In this document: positions 30,040 through 39,448 of the stretch, piece by piece
Numbering within the stretch: the stretch's first letter is position 1
Layout: each line of letters starts with the position of its first letter
Assembly (NCBI GenBank): GCA_021202555.1
Contig: JAJQCT010000038.1
Coordinates: 18,383-82,382 of the forward strand
Length of the DNA: 64,000 nucleotides
Reading direction: 5' to 3'
DNA from: Clostridiales bacterium
GTDB taxonomy: Bacteria; Bacillota; Clostridia; Oscillospirales; CAG-272
Notes under the pieces: model-generated
Database searches by the model: none
Told to the model about the DNA's origin: nothing
Seen by the model: the letters and a program-made list of their open reading frames with translations, nothing else
Position numbers and translations under genes: made by a program

Positions 30040-30718
30040 AGAAACATTCAAATCGCTCATTGAGCAGAGCGAGATTACGATAGGCGATTTTGCCGTCTGT
30101 TCTCTCGTGTCAATCGGAATCGGAATCATAATTTCCGTTATCATGCTTTTCATATCGAAGAACAAGTCGAAGAGCATGATACTTACAACGGCGCTTTTGC
30201 CTTTTGTCGTTCAGGTCATTATTATGATGGTGAACGGGAACATAGGCATAGGGCTTGCCGTCGCGGGAACATTCGGGCTTATACGATTCCGTTCATATCC
30301 CGGAAGCGCGGACGACCTTATTGTGATTTTCATTTCCATGGCTGTCGGTCTTATTAACGGCGTCGGCTACATATGGGTTGCCATTATTTTCGCTGTCGTC
30401 GCGCTCGTAATTTATATTATTTACAGTCTTCTCGGCGTTGGCGGCGATCCCGTTTATTCAAAGGAGCTGCACGTGACGATTCCCGAGAATCTCAACTACG
30501 CGCATGAGTTTGACGATATATTCGGAAAATACGCGAAGCGCTATAATCTTTACCGCGTAAAGACGACAAACTTTGGCAGTATGTACACGCTTTATTATAA
30601 TCTCGATCTCATCGACGACGCGAAGGAAAAGGACATGATTGACGAGATTCGCTGCCGCAACGGCAACCTCGATATTATCTGCGGGCTTGCTTCAACTGAT
30701 CCGAAGGAGCTTCTCTGA
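30032..30718 (+). CDS. DUF4956-family membrane protein
   Basis: Overlaps the VTC gene by 8 nt. Several TM helices, the characteristic GTFGLIRFRS block and a soluble C-terminal domain. Confidence 0.7.
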   Translation: MFEETFKSLIEQSEITIGDFAVCSLVSIGIGIIISVIMLFISKNKSKSMILTTALLPFVVQVIIMMVNGNIGIGLAVAGTFGLIRFRSYPGSADDLIVIFISMAVGLINGVGYIWVAIIFAVVALVIYIIYSLLGVGGDPVYSKELHVTIPENLNYAHEFDDIFGKYAKRYNLYRVKTTNFGSMYTLYYNLDLIDDAKEKDMIDEIRCRNGNLDIICGLASTDPKELL

Positions 30719-30723
30719 CACGA

Positions 30724-31470
30724 ATGAACCGAACAGCACGAAATATCATTGTCGCACTTCTTATTGGAGCGTTCCTTGTTGCCGCGGCGTATGTCGTATT
30801 CATAATTTACGTATTCATAACGCCGGTATCGGACACGCTGAAAAACGAGAGCTATTCGTTTGATGCAGATGATGTATTTACTGTGAATATCGACGCGCCC
30901 GTCGGGTATGTGACGATTTCCGGTGCCGGTGAGGGCGACGAGATTTCTGTCGTGGTATTCGAAGACGGCGACGAAATTGAGTATACGGCGGAGCTTTCCG
31001 AGGAAGGTGTGCTTACGATAGCGCAGTCTCCCCTCACATGGTATAATGAAATCAGGTATAGCGGCAGCACGCTTTACGGAATTACGGTGACGCTGCCTAT
31101 ATCCGTCGAATGTAATGTTATCGTTATGGGCGGCACGGGCGACGTGACGCTGACAAGCCTCTCGCTTGGCGGACTGTCTGTTGATGTCACATCCGGCGCG
31201 GTTTTGCTCGATGACGTAACCCCGACGGTGGGATGTCAGATAAGTGTGTCAACGACAAGCGGGGCAATTTCATGCTCGTTTTCGGACGGCGTATCTCCGA
31301 ATGACTACACGTTTGACGTGGAGACGCAGTATGGGAGCGCCGTATTGCCGCAAAAGCTGACGTACAGTGTCGATTCCTCAACGACGGAGGACGGGGTCAC
31401 TGCCGATTACACGCTGAGGAGCAAAAACGGCGGCATTGAGGTGACATTTGCCGCATCGGAGGGAGAATGA
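30724..31470 (+). CDS. membrane-anchored DUF4097-like beta-repeat protein
   Basis: N-terminal TM helix, then repeated short strands such as GDVTLTSLSLGGLSVDVTSGAVLLDDV and VSTTSGAISCSF, as in DUF4097 'putative adhesin' domains. Confidence 0.55.
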   Translation: MNRTARNIIVALLIGAFLVAAAYVVFIIYVFITPVSDTLKNESYSFDADDVFTVNIDAPVGYVTISGAGEGDEISVVVFEDGDEIEYTAELSEEGVLTIAQSPLTWYNEIRYSGSTLYGITVTLPISVECNVIVMGGTGDVTLTSLSLGGLSVDVTSGAVLLDDVTPTVGCQISVSTTSGAISCSFSDGVSPNDYTFDVETQYGSAVLPQKLTYSVDSSTTEDGVTADYTLRSKNGGIEVTFAASEGE

Positions 31471-32015
31471 GAGAGAACAGGATTCAAATATTGCCGTATG
31501 TTGCCTGCGTTTTGATTTTTATGCTGTGCGCCTCGCTTTTGCCGACCGCAGAGGTAGATGCGGTTAATGCCGAAAATGTTGTTGTCGGTATCACGACGAC
31601 AACGCAGCTCGAAACGCCGACGGGAGTTCACTGGGACGAGAGCGAAAAGTTTCTCGCGAGATGGGACGCCGTTGAGGGGGCGGATTCGTATACTGTTGTG
31701 CTTTACGATGACGGCAGCATACAGGGTTACGTCGAGACGACAGAAACAAGCTATAGCTGGAAGGCGGGAATTACAGATAACTTCGGCTCGGGAACGTATA
31801 CCTTTACTGTAATCGCGACGTCGGAGGATGAGTCGTACACGTCAAGCGAAGAATCGGAAATGTCGGACGAGTTCAAGTATTGGCAAATGCCCGAAATCAG
31901 CTCGACCGCATGGAAGGTGATTATAATTGTCGTTGTTGTCGGTGTCTGCATTCTGATTGCCGCATGGCCTGACAAGAACATAAAGAAAAGAGAGAAGATT
32001 ATACATAAGAAATAA
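31467..32015 (+). CDS. secreted Fn3-like protein with C-terminal TM anchor
   Basis: ATGA overlap with the upstream gene. Signal peptide, Fn3-like WDAVEGADSYTVVLY block, C-terminal hydrophobic helix and a Lys-rich tail. Confidence 0.5.
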   Translation: MRENRIQILPYVACVLIFMLCASLLPTAEVDAVNAENVVVGITTTTQLETPTGVHWDESEKFLARWDAVEGADSYTVVLYDDGSIQGYVETTETSYSWKAGITDNFGSGTYTFTVIATSEDESYTSSEESEMSDEFKYWQMPEISSTAWKVIIIVVVVGVCILIAAWPDKNIKKREKIIHKK

Positions 32016-32043
32016 AAATACAGCAAACTATAGAATACACACA

Positions 32044-32072
32044 AAAAATCCGACCGGCGGTCGGATTTTTTT
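32044..32072 (+). terminator. rho-independent terminator of the VTC operon
   Basis: ATCCGACC ggc GGTCGGAT stem followed by TTTTTTT. Confidence 0.85.
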
Positions 32073-32100
32073 GTGGAAAATTTCGACGAAAAAATTTGAT

Positions 32101-32165
32101 TTTGACCTTGACTTTCTTTGACTTTAGGAGTATAATATCAATAGTCAAAGAAAGTCAAAGTCAAA
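32101..32165 (+). promoter_or_regulatory. ctsR operon promoter with CtsR operators on both sides of the -10
   Basis: TTGACT (32108-32113), 17 nt, TATAAT (32131-32136). Downstream is AGTCAAAGAAAGTCAAAGTCAAA (32143-32165). Upstream, on the opposite strand, the same heptads read TTTGACCTTGACTTTCTTTGACTTT (32101-32125). The published CtsR box is (A/G)GTCAAA-NAN-(A/G)GTCAAA. Confidence 0.85.
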
Positions 32166-32179
32166 CGGAGGCGAATAAA

Positions 32180-32632
32180 ATGACAATGTCGGAAAAGATT
32201 GCGCTTATGATTGAGGATATGCTGAACGAGGGCGGCGGTGCCGTCATGGTACAGCGGAACGTGCTCGCAGAAAGGCTTGGATGCGTACCGAGCCAGATAA
32301 ACTACGTGATAACGTCAAGGTTTACCCCCGAGCGCGGTTACGTTATCGAAAGCAGGCGCGGCGGCGGCGGATATATACGAATTGTGAAAAAGCAGATGGG
32401 ACGAAACGATTACCTGATGCATTTCTTTCACGCCGTCGGAAACGAGCTGACCGCTGACGACGCGATTGCTTACACTGAGAATCTTTACGGCAGCGGGATA
32501 ATTGACGAGCGAGAGGCGCACATTATTGAAAGCGCTGTATCGACGAGCGCGCTGTCGGGGGTTGAGCCGGAGGCAAGAAATTCACTTCGCGCCGATATTT
32601 ACAGGCACATCATTTTGTCGCTTATGAATTAA
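32180..32632 (+). CDS. ctsR: class III stress-gene repressor CtsR
   Basis: MSEKIALMIEDML...LGCVPSQINYVITSRFTPERGYVIESRRGGGGYIRI is the conserved CtsR N-terminal domain. The track ORF start at 32096 lies inside the promoter. Confidence 0.9.
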   Translation: MTMSEKIALMIEDMLNEGGGAVMVQRNVLAERLGCVPSQINYVITSRFTPERGYVIESRRGGGGYIRIVKKQMGRNDYLMHFFHAVGNELTADDAIAYTENLYGSGIIDEREAHIIESAVSTSALSGVEPEARNSLRADIYRHIILSLMN

Positions 32633-32680
32633 GCGGCAGAGATGCAAATATATTTTTTGTGATTTGAGGAGGTAGAAATC

Positions 32681-33223
32681 ATGTTATGCGAAAAATGCGG
32701 AAAGAATGAGGCGACCGTTTACTATACCGAAACGGTAAACGGCAAAACGACAAAGTATATGCTTTGTCACGACTGTGCAGAGGAAATGAAATCAAAGTCG
32801 GGGATTTTCCCCGCGGGCGGCTTCGGCGGGCTTATGTCTGAGATGTTTTCAGATATGTTCGCGCCGTTTTCGCCAAAGGTCAGACGGCTTCGCGGAGATG
32901 CACCGTCCGCGGACGAGAAAAAATGCCCTGTGTGCGGCGCTACGATGAGCGACATCGCACACGAGCGCAAGGTAGGATGTCCCGAATGCTACCGAACCTT
33001 CAAAAGTGAGCTTGCTTACACGATTGAGAGAGTTCACGGCGGTCAAAAATATAAAGGTGACGGCGGTACGGAAGATAGGGGAGCTGAAAAAGCCGGCGGC
33101 GAGGCTGCTGCGCTTAAGCGCGAGCTTGACGAAGCTGTAAAGAGCGAAAACTTCGAGCTTGCGGCAGAGCTTCGTGACAAAATTCGCGAGCTTTCGCAAA
33201 ACGAAAAAAAGGAGGAGAACTGA
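32681..33223 (+). CDS. mcsA: protein arginine kinase activator McsA
   Basis: N-terminal CxxC zinc motifs (CEKCG, CHDC, CPVCG, CPECY) and a C-terminal UVR motif FELAAELRDKIRELS. Confidence 0.85.
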   Translation: MLCEKCGKNEATVYYTETVNGKTTKYMLCHDCAEEMKSKSGIFPAGGFGGLMSEMFSDMFAPFSPKVRRLRGDAPSADEKKCPVCGATMSDIAHERKVGCPECYRTFKSELAYTIERVHGGQKYKGDGGTEDRGAEKAGGEAAALKRELDEAVKSENFELAAELRDKIRELSQNEKKEEN

Positions 33224-33224
33224 T

Positions 33225-34250
33225 ATGGCTTGGTATTGCGGAAACGGTGAGGCGAGGGATGTAATCGTATCCTCGCGTGTGAGATTTGCGAGAAATGTTG
33301 AAAGGATTCCGTTTGGCAAAAGGCTTTCGGACGAAGATGCCGAAAAGCTTATTTCGGGCGCAGGCGAGGCGCTCGGGGAGAAATACACAAGAGTGAATTT
33401 TGACGAGCTTTCACCTGTTACGGCGCAGGCTTACGTTGAGGAGCATATCGTATCGTCCGAATTTGCTTCGGGCGAGGGGAAGCGAGCGCTTTACAAAAAC
33501 GACAGTGACGAGATTTACGTCATGGTTTGCGAGGAGGATCACTTCCGCGTTCAGTCGATAAAATCGGGTCTTTCACTTGAATCGGCTTACAGCGCTGCAA
33601 AGGAGGCTGCGGGCAGGCTTTCTGAAAAATTTGAAATCGCATTCGATCCCGAGCTTGGTTATCTTACGCACTGTCCGACAAATCTCGGAACTGCGATGCG
33701 AGCGTCTGTCATGGTATTTTTGCCCGCTATAACAAAGTGTAACGGAATCCCCTCACTGACGCGTCAGCTTTCAAAGCTCGGATTTACAGTGCGTGGAATG
33801 TACGGAGAAGGCTCCGACGCGCTCGGGACGCTTTATCAGATTTCAAATCAGGAAACGCTCGGTATCACCGAGGAAGAGACCGTCAAGCGGTTTTCCGAGG
33901 TTGCGAATTCCGTCGTAAATGAGGAACGCAGGCTTCGCCGCGAGCTTATGTCGGGCGATGCAGGGGATGAGACTGCGGATCGCTGTATGCGCGCCTACGG
34001 AATATTGAAGCATTCGCGCGCAATATCAAACCGTGAATTTCTCTCCCTCTGGATAGAGGCAAGGCTCGGAGCTGCGATTTCGGATGACGGCGGGGAGAGA
34101 CTGATTCCCAAAAACGTCACCTACGACGTGCTTGACGCACTTATGATAGAGGTACAGCCCGCTGTGCTTACACTGCTTTCGGGCGGCGGCGAGCTTTCGC
34201 CTCACGACAGAGACCTGCGCCGCGCGAAAATTCTCGCGGAAAGGCTCTGA
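33225..34250 (+). CDS. mcsB: protein arginine kinase McsB
   Basis: The start at 33225 lies 1 nt after the mcsA stop. Phosphagen-kinase-like blocks EEDHFRVQS and CPTNLGTAMRASV are present. Confidence 0.85.
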   Translation: MAWYCGNGEARDVIVSSRVRFARNVERIPFGKRLSDEDAEKLISGAGEALGEKYTRVNFDELSPVTAQAYVEEHIVSSEFASGEGKRALYKNDSDEIYVMVCEEDHFRVQSIKSGLSLESAYSAAKEAAGRLSEKFEIAFDPELGYLTHCPTNLGTAMRASVMVFLPAITKCNGIPSLTRQLSKLGFTVRGMYGEGSDALGTLYQISNQETLGITEEETVKRFSEVANSVVNEERRLRRELMSGDAGDETADRCMRAYGILKHSRAISNREFLSLWIEARLGAAISDDGGERLIPKNVTYDVLDALMIEVQPAVLTLLSGGGELSPHDRDLRRAKILAERL

Positions 34251-34276
34251 AAAAAACATTTAAGGGGGATGGGATT

Positions 34277-36742
34277 ATGGCAAGCAGATTTACCGAAAAG
34301 GCGGAGGGCGCGATTAACCGCGCTCTCGCCTATGCGTCCGATATGGGACATAACTATATAGGGTCGGAGCACATTCTTCTCGGTCTTATGTCGGAGGAGA
34401 ACAGCGCCGGCGAGAAGCTTCTTTCCGCTCGCGGAGCGGAGCTTAACAGCATTCTCGGAGTTGTCGAGCAGATGTCGGGAACGGGCGACAAGAGCATTCT
34501 TTCGGCAAACGATATGACGCCGAGAACGAAGAAAATAATACAGAACTCGGCGCTGACTGCGGCGAACTGCGGGCATGGATATATCGGCACGGAGCATTTG
34601 CTCTATGCGCTTTTAATCGAAAGCTCATGCGTCGCGCTGCGTGTGCTGGAGTCGACGGGTGTATCGGTCGATGCGCTGCGGGGAGATGTCGAGAGCTTTC
34701 TTTCAGGCAGCGGAGCCTCGGGCGGAGAATTTGCCGAGGCAGGCGCCGGTGTGTCGGGAATCAATCGTCAGGGGTCCACGTCAATCAAAAATGCGCCCAC
34801 GCTTTCGTCATACGGACGCGACCTGTGCGCTATGGCGAGGGATGGGAAGCTTGACCCCATCATCGGGCGCAGGAGCGAGACGGAGCGCGTAATTCAGATT
34901 CTGTCGCGCCGCACAAAGAATAATCCCTGCCTCATAGGCGAGCCGGGCGTAGGCAAAACAGCCGTCGTTGAGGGTCTTGCACAAAAAATTGTTGACGGCG
35001 AGGTTCCCGAAAATCTTCGCGGCAAGACGATTGTGACGCTCGACGTTTCGGGAATGGTCGCAGGCGCGAAATATCGCGGCGAATTTGAGGAGAGAATTAA
35101 AAACGTCATGAGCGAGGTCAAGAAAAACCCCGATATAATCCTCTTTATTGATGAAATTCACACGATTATTGGCGCGGGAGCGGCAGAAGGTGCCATTGAC
35201 GCCGCAAATATATTAAAGCCCGCTCTGGCAAGAGGCGAGCTTCAGGTAATAGGAGCGACGACAATCGAGGAGTACAGACGGCACATAGAGCATGACGCGG
35301 CGCTTGAACGCAGATTTCAGTCAGTTTTGGTAGGTGAGCCGACGGAGGAAGAGGCGATACAGATTCTTTTCGGGCTTCGCGACAAATACGAGGCGCATCA
35401 CAAGCTCAAAATCTCGGATGAGGCGATTACGGCGGCGGTCAAGCTTTCGTCGCGCTATATTAACGACCGTTATCTTCCCGATAAGGCTATTGACCTTGTA
35501 GACGAGGCGGCGTCAAGGCTGCGCATCATGAATGCGACACCGACAGCGGAAATTTCAAAGCTTGAGGATGAGCTGAAAGCCGCATCAAAGGAAAAGGAAG
35601 AGGCTGTTCGGGCGCAGGATTTTGAGGGAGCCGCGAAGTGCCGCGACCGCGAGCATGAGATTAAGGAAAAGTACGATGCCGAGGTCGCGAAGTGGAAAAA
35701 TGAGAACGATGGTCATTCACTTGTCGTCGGTGAGGACGAAATCGCGAATATCGTGACGCAGTGGACGGGAATCCCCGTATCGAGGCTTGCGGAGGAGGAA
35801 AATGAACGTCTGCTTCATCTGGAGGAGCTTTTGCATGAAAGGGTAATCGGTCAGGATGCTGCCGTATCCGCCGTCGCGCGTGCGATAAGGCGCGGGAGAA
35901 TGGGGCTTAAGGATCCGACGCGCCCTGTCGGCTCGTTCATCTTCTTGGGACCGACGGGTGTCGGCAAGACGGAGCTTTCAAAGGCGCTCGCGGACGTGAT
36001 GTTCGGGTCTGAAAATTCGATGATAAGAATCGATATGTCCGAATACATGGAAAGCCACAGCACCTCGAAGCTCATAGGATCGCCTCCCGGATATGTCGGG
36101 TACGACGAGGGCGGACAGCTTACGGAAAAAATACGCCGTCATCCGTATTCCGTCGTGCTTTTTGACGAAATCGAAAAGGCGCATCCCGACGTATTCAATA
36201 TTCTGCTTCAGATACTCGACGACGGAATTCTGACAGACGCGCAGGGAAGGCGCGTTGACTTCAAAAACGCGATAATCATCATGACGTCAAACGTCGGCGC
36301 AGAGGGGATAACGTCGCCCGCAAAGCATCTCGGATTTACCGCCGCGACAGATCCCGCAGCGGATTACGACAGTATGCGCGCATATGTCACGGATTCGCTG
36401 AAGCACACCTTCAAGCCGGAGTTTCTCAACCGCGTCGATGAGATTATAGTGTTTGACAAGCTCGGTGAGGATTCGGTAAGGCGCATTGCGGATATGATGC
36501 TCTCGCGCGTCAAAAAGAGAATCGAGGAGCAGGGAATAAGCGTTGATTTCGGAGATGATGTTTCCTCGCTCGTTGTCAAAGAGGGATTTGACGAGGCATA
36601 CGGCGCGCGTCCGATACATCGAGCTGTCGTCAGGCTTGTCGAGGACACTTTCTCGGAGGCAATGCTGGAGGGCGGATTCAAGTCGGGTGACCGCATATCC
36701 GCTCACGTGGAGAACGGAAAGACTGTTTATGAAAAGCTGTGA
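34277..36742 (+). CDS. clpC: ATP-dependent Clp protease ATP-binding subunit ClpC
   Basis: Clp N-repeats, two AAA+ modules ([18 protein letters not shown]), a UVR linker ([11 protein letters not shown]) and the ClpP-binding loop region. 821 aa. Confidence 0.95.
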   Translation: MASRFTEKAEGAINRALAYASDMGHNYIGSEHILLGLMSEENSAGEKLLSARGAELNSILGVVEQMSGTGDKSILSANDMTPRTKKIIQNSALTAANCGHGYIGTEHLLYALLIESSCVALRVLESTGVSVDALRGDVESFLSGSGASGGEFAEAGAGVSGINRQGSTSIKNAPTLSSYGRDLCAMARDGKLDPIIGRRSETERVIQILSRRTKNNPCLIGEPGVGKTAVVEGLAQKIVDGEVPENLRGKTIVTLDVSGMVAGAKYRGEFEERIKNVMSEVKKNPDIILFIDEIHTIIGAGAAEGAIDAANILKPALARGELQVIGATTIEEYRRHIEHDAALERRFQSVLVGEPTEEEAIQILFGLRDKYEAHHKLKISDEAITAAVKLSSRYINDRYLPDKAIDLVDEAASRLRIMNATPTAEISKLEDELKAASKEKEEAVRAQDFEGAAKCRDREHEIKEKYDAEVAKWKNENDGHSLVVGEDEIANIVTQWTGIPVSRLAEEENERLLHLEELLHERVIGQDAAVSAVARAIRRGRMGLKDPTRPVGSFIFLGPTGVGKTELSKALADVMFGSENSMIRIDMSEYMESHSTSKLIGSPPGYVGYDEGGQLTEKIRRHPYSVVLFDEIEKAHPDVFNILLQILDDGILTDAQGRRVDFKNAIIIMTSNVGAEGITSPAKHLGFTAATDPAADYDSMRAYVTDSLKHTFKPEFLNRVDEIIVFDKLGEDSVRRIADMMLSRVKKRIEEQGISVDFGDDVSSLVVKEGFDEAYGARPIHRAVVRLVEDTFSEAMLEGGFKSGDRISAHVENGKTVYEKL

Positions 36743-36790
36743 AGTATTCCTCGCTGACGAATAGCTTCAAATGAACAGAAAAAATGCTAT

Positions 36791-36821
36791 TCAGCCCTCG
36801 GTGTCAGGCACCGAGGGCTGA
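36791..36821. terminator. 13-bp hairpin between convergent clpC and histidine-kinase genes
   Basis: TCAGCCCTCGGTG tcagg CACCGAGGGCTGA. A T-run follows only on the minus strand (ATAGCATTTTTT). Confidence 0.6.
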
Positions 36822-36845
36822 ATAAGCTTGTGACATTATATTATA

Positions 36846-36936
36846 TCGTGCAGCGTACCCGTGAATATTGCGCTGCGCGCAATATTCACCAACTTGAAAG
36901 ACAAGGCATAGCCTTGTCTTTCAATGTTATATAATT
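36846..36936 (+). repeat. two-hairpin intergenic repeat element, copy A
   Basis: GTGAATATTGCGC tgc GCGCAATATTCAC (36861-36889), then TTGAAAGACAAGGC ata GCCTTGTCTTTCAA (36894-36924). The architecture and flanks recur at 44918-45019. Confidence 0.85.
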
Positions 36937-39422
36937 GGAAATTTTACTGTCGCCTTGAATAAATCGCCGTCGGTTGATACGGTGAGGCTGCCTCCCATCA
37001 GCTCGCAGAATGACTGCGCGATTGAAAGTCCAAGTCCGCTTCCTTCAGTCGTTCTGCTCGCGTCACCTCTTACAAATCTTTCCGTCAGATCCCTTGCGGA
37101 AACGGTGAGCGGCGTGCCGGAAATGTTCTTCATTGTCACGGCGACCGTACCGTCGCCCGACAGGCGCTCAATATCGAGATAAACGCGAGTTTTCGGAAGA
37201 GAATATTTGACGACATTTGAAAGCAGGTTGTCAAATACACGCCAGAGAAGCTTTCCGTCCGCCATTACGGTAATTTCGCTCTCGGGAAAATTACGTACAA
37301 TCGTAAGCCCCGCGGATTCAAGCAAATCCGAATATTCGCCTATCGCCTGCTCGGCGAGCTGGCAAAGCCCGACGGGCGTCGGCTCATAGTGAATATTCCC
37401 CGACTGCGCCTTTGACGCCTCGACCAGATCCTCCGTCAGGCGCTTGAGGCGCTGACTTTTGCGGTCTAAAACGTCAATATATTCACGCGCAGTCTCGCTT
37501 TCAATATTTTCGGATTTCAGTAAATCCACATAATTTATAATCGAGGTGAGCGGTGTTTTCAGGTCGTGCGATACGTTTGTTATAAGCTCCACCTTGAGCC
37601 GCTCGCTGCGCACCTTTTCATCAGCCGCGGCGCTTACAGCTCGGTCAAGCTCATTTAACGATTCCGCGAGCGGGCGAAGCGTCGGCGACATGAGCTTTGT
37701 CTCGATTTTCACGTCATGTCCGCCCGAAACGATTGTTTTTGTCGCGTCTGTGAGCTTTCTGAACTGGTATGCGGTGAGGCACACGTATGCCGCTGAGGCA
37801 ACAGTTACGGCAGCCCATATGAACATGAAAAGGAAGCACAGTCCACCGTCGGAAAACGCGAATATAAAGGTGAGGACGGCGCTTATTACTGCGAGCGCTG
37901 AGACAAGAGCGACCCTCCATATGAGCGGCACCGAATTTAATATTTTGCCGGCGCCCTTCCTTGCCGTGCGGCAGGTAAATGTCACAAGCATCACGCAGGC
38001 GTTGTTTTTGAGAAGATTTCTGTTTCTCACGTGGGCGATTATTGAAACAATCACCCCCTCGGTGACGGCGGCAACGACGAATATGCATAAAAATGAGACA
38101 GTGTAAACAAGCGGCGCGTTGCCTGAGATATATATAAGCGTTGCCGTCGGATAGATTTCTCCGTCTGCCGCCATAATAATCGGTACAAGCCCTATGCATG
38201 AGACAGCGGCAGAGAGTACTAAAAATACGTCAAACGGTATTCTGTTTATCCATGCGGGACGAATACACTTCACGCGGCGCTTTGTGCCGTCCTCGTCCCG
38301 TATACAGTCCTCCGCCATTCCCGACACCGCGGCAGAGTATATGAAAAGCAAAATCGAGATGACAAGACATGAGATAATAACCGGCAGCGCCGAGTTTTCG
38401 GCAAAGCTTTCAATCGGACTTAAAATGTCTCTGTAAATATAGAAGTAGTCGTCACGGGCAGAAAGATTTTCATCAAGCCAGACGTAAAGGTATTCGCCGT
38501 CTGAAAGCCCGTAGTACGCCGGCGCGACGCTTTCATAATTCCATGTGTTTGTCGAGGTGCTGTAGGTGAAAACATAACCTTCAATCTCCATAGGGTTTAA
38601 CACAGTGTCGATTGTCGGTACATAATATGCAGTAGTGTCGCCTTCGTCGATTACGAGAACAGATGTGTACCCGTTTTCGTCAGCGAAGGGGACTACAGTG
38701 TCAAAGCTCCATTCATCGTAACTGTCAATGTAGAAATCGAGATATTCAAGAGGGTAGTACCAGTTATCAAATCCGGCAAGGTAAGCCTCGTATGCATAGG
38801 ACTCGGTATAGCTGCCGTATTCGTCAATCCCTTCGGGATTACCTTCGGGATTACCTTCGGGCAGCACGTAATCATCATACGAATATGCGGTTACCTCTTC
38901 CTCCGTTGGTACCGAAGGAAAATAATATTTGCGTGCAGCATAACAGCTGATGTAGTCATCGTCATCGAGGCTGTCGATGAGCTCGTCAATATTCATCACC
39001 TTGATTTCAAAGCTGAGAGTATATGAAAAATTGCTCATTGTGATAACGTAGGATTCATAAAAGTTTGGAAGGGAGTCTGTATTGCCGTTAGTGACAGTTG
39101 TGTTGTCCTCACCTGTCACAATCCATCTGACGTTTGTGCTGTCCGCGTCAGCGTATGCTTCGCACAGGCGCTCATAGTACTGCTCATTTTCCGCCGACAG
39201 TACCGCTCCGTCGTCAATCTCCGATTTTATATTGAGCATTTCGGAGATTAAATTTGCGTCGTTTCGCAGCGCGTACAGTATCACGTCCGAATATTCGGAG
39301 TCGTAATACGGGTCGATGAAATCCGAATAAAGAGCCGTCACGACAAACATCAGAATCGCCGCCGTGAGCGCCGCCGCCGCGAGAATGAACGCTATGGTCT
39401 TTGTAACCGCACTGTATTTCAT
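36927..39422 (-). CDS. sensor histidine kinase with ~300-aa extracytoplasmic domain and multi-helix membrane block
   Basis: H-box NVSHDLKTPLTSI and HATPase blocks (DNLLSNVVKYS, GSGLGLSIAQ). N-terminal TM helix followed by a Tyr/Asp/Glu-rich extracellular region. Confidence 0.85.
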   Translation of the reverse strand: MKYSAVTKTIAFILAAAALTAAILMFVVTALYSDFIDPYYDSEYSDVILYALRNDANLISEMLNIKSEIDDGAVLSAENEQYYERLCEAYADADSTNVRWIVTGEDNTTVTNGNTDSLPNFYESYVITMSNFSYTLSFEIKVMNIDELIDSLDDDDYISCYAARKYYFPSVPTEEEVTAYSYDDYVLPEGNPEGNPEGIDEYGSYTESYAYEAYLAGFDNWYYPLEYLDFYIDSYDEWSFDTVVPFADENGYTSVLVIDEGDTTAYYVPTIDTVLNPMEIEGYVFTYSTSTNTWNYESVAPAYYGLSDGEYLYVWLDENLSARDDYFYIYRDILSPIESFAENSALPVIISCLVISILLFIYSAAVSGMAEDCIRDEDGTKRRVKCIRPAWINRIPFDVFLVLSAAVSCIGLVPIIMAADGEIYPTATLIYISGNAPLVYTVSFLCIFVVAAVTEGVIVSIIAHVRNRNLLKNNACVMLVTFTCRTARKGAGKILNSVPLIWRVALVSALAVISAVLTFIFAFSDGGLCFLFMFIWAAVTVASAAYVCLTAYQFRKLTDATKTIVSGGHDVKIETKLMSPTLRPLAESLNELDRAVSAAADEKVRSERLKVELITNVSHDLKTPLTSIINYVDLLKSENIESETAREYIDVLDRKSQRLKRLTEDLVEASKAQSGNIHYEPTPVGLCQLAEQAIGEYSDLLESAGLTIVRNFPESEITVMADGKLLWRVFDNLLSNVVKYSLPKTRVYLDIERLSGDGTVAVTMKNISGTPLTVSARDLTERFVRGDASRTTEGSGLGLSIAQSFCELMGGSLTVSTDGDLFKATVKFPII
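38830..38861 (-). repeat. 12-bp in-frame tandem repeat (2.7 copies) inside the kinase sensor domain
   Basis: CCTTCGGGATTA CCTTCGGGATTA CCTTCGGG on the plus strand, encoding PEGNPEGNPEG. Confidence 0.8.
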
Positions 39423-39448
39423 GTAGAAATTTCCTCCTTAATATATTT

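Noticed and set aside
33159-33224. N-terminal extensions of track ORFs (33159 for mcsB, 11393 for yqeK, 42870 for flavodoxin, 32096 for ctsR, 59139 for the oxidoreductase, 21938 for the surface protein)
   Set aside because: The extensions overlap upstream genes or promoters and lack an RBS. Internal starts give canonical family N-termini with good Shine-Dalgarno spacing.
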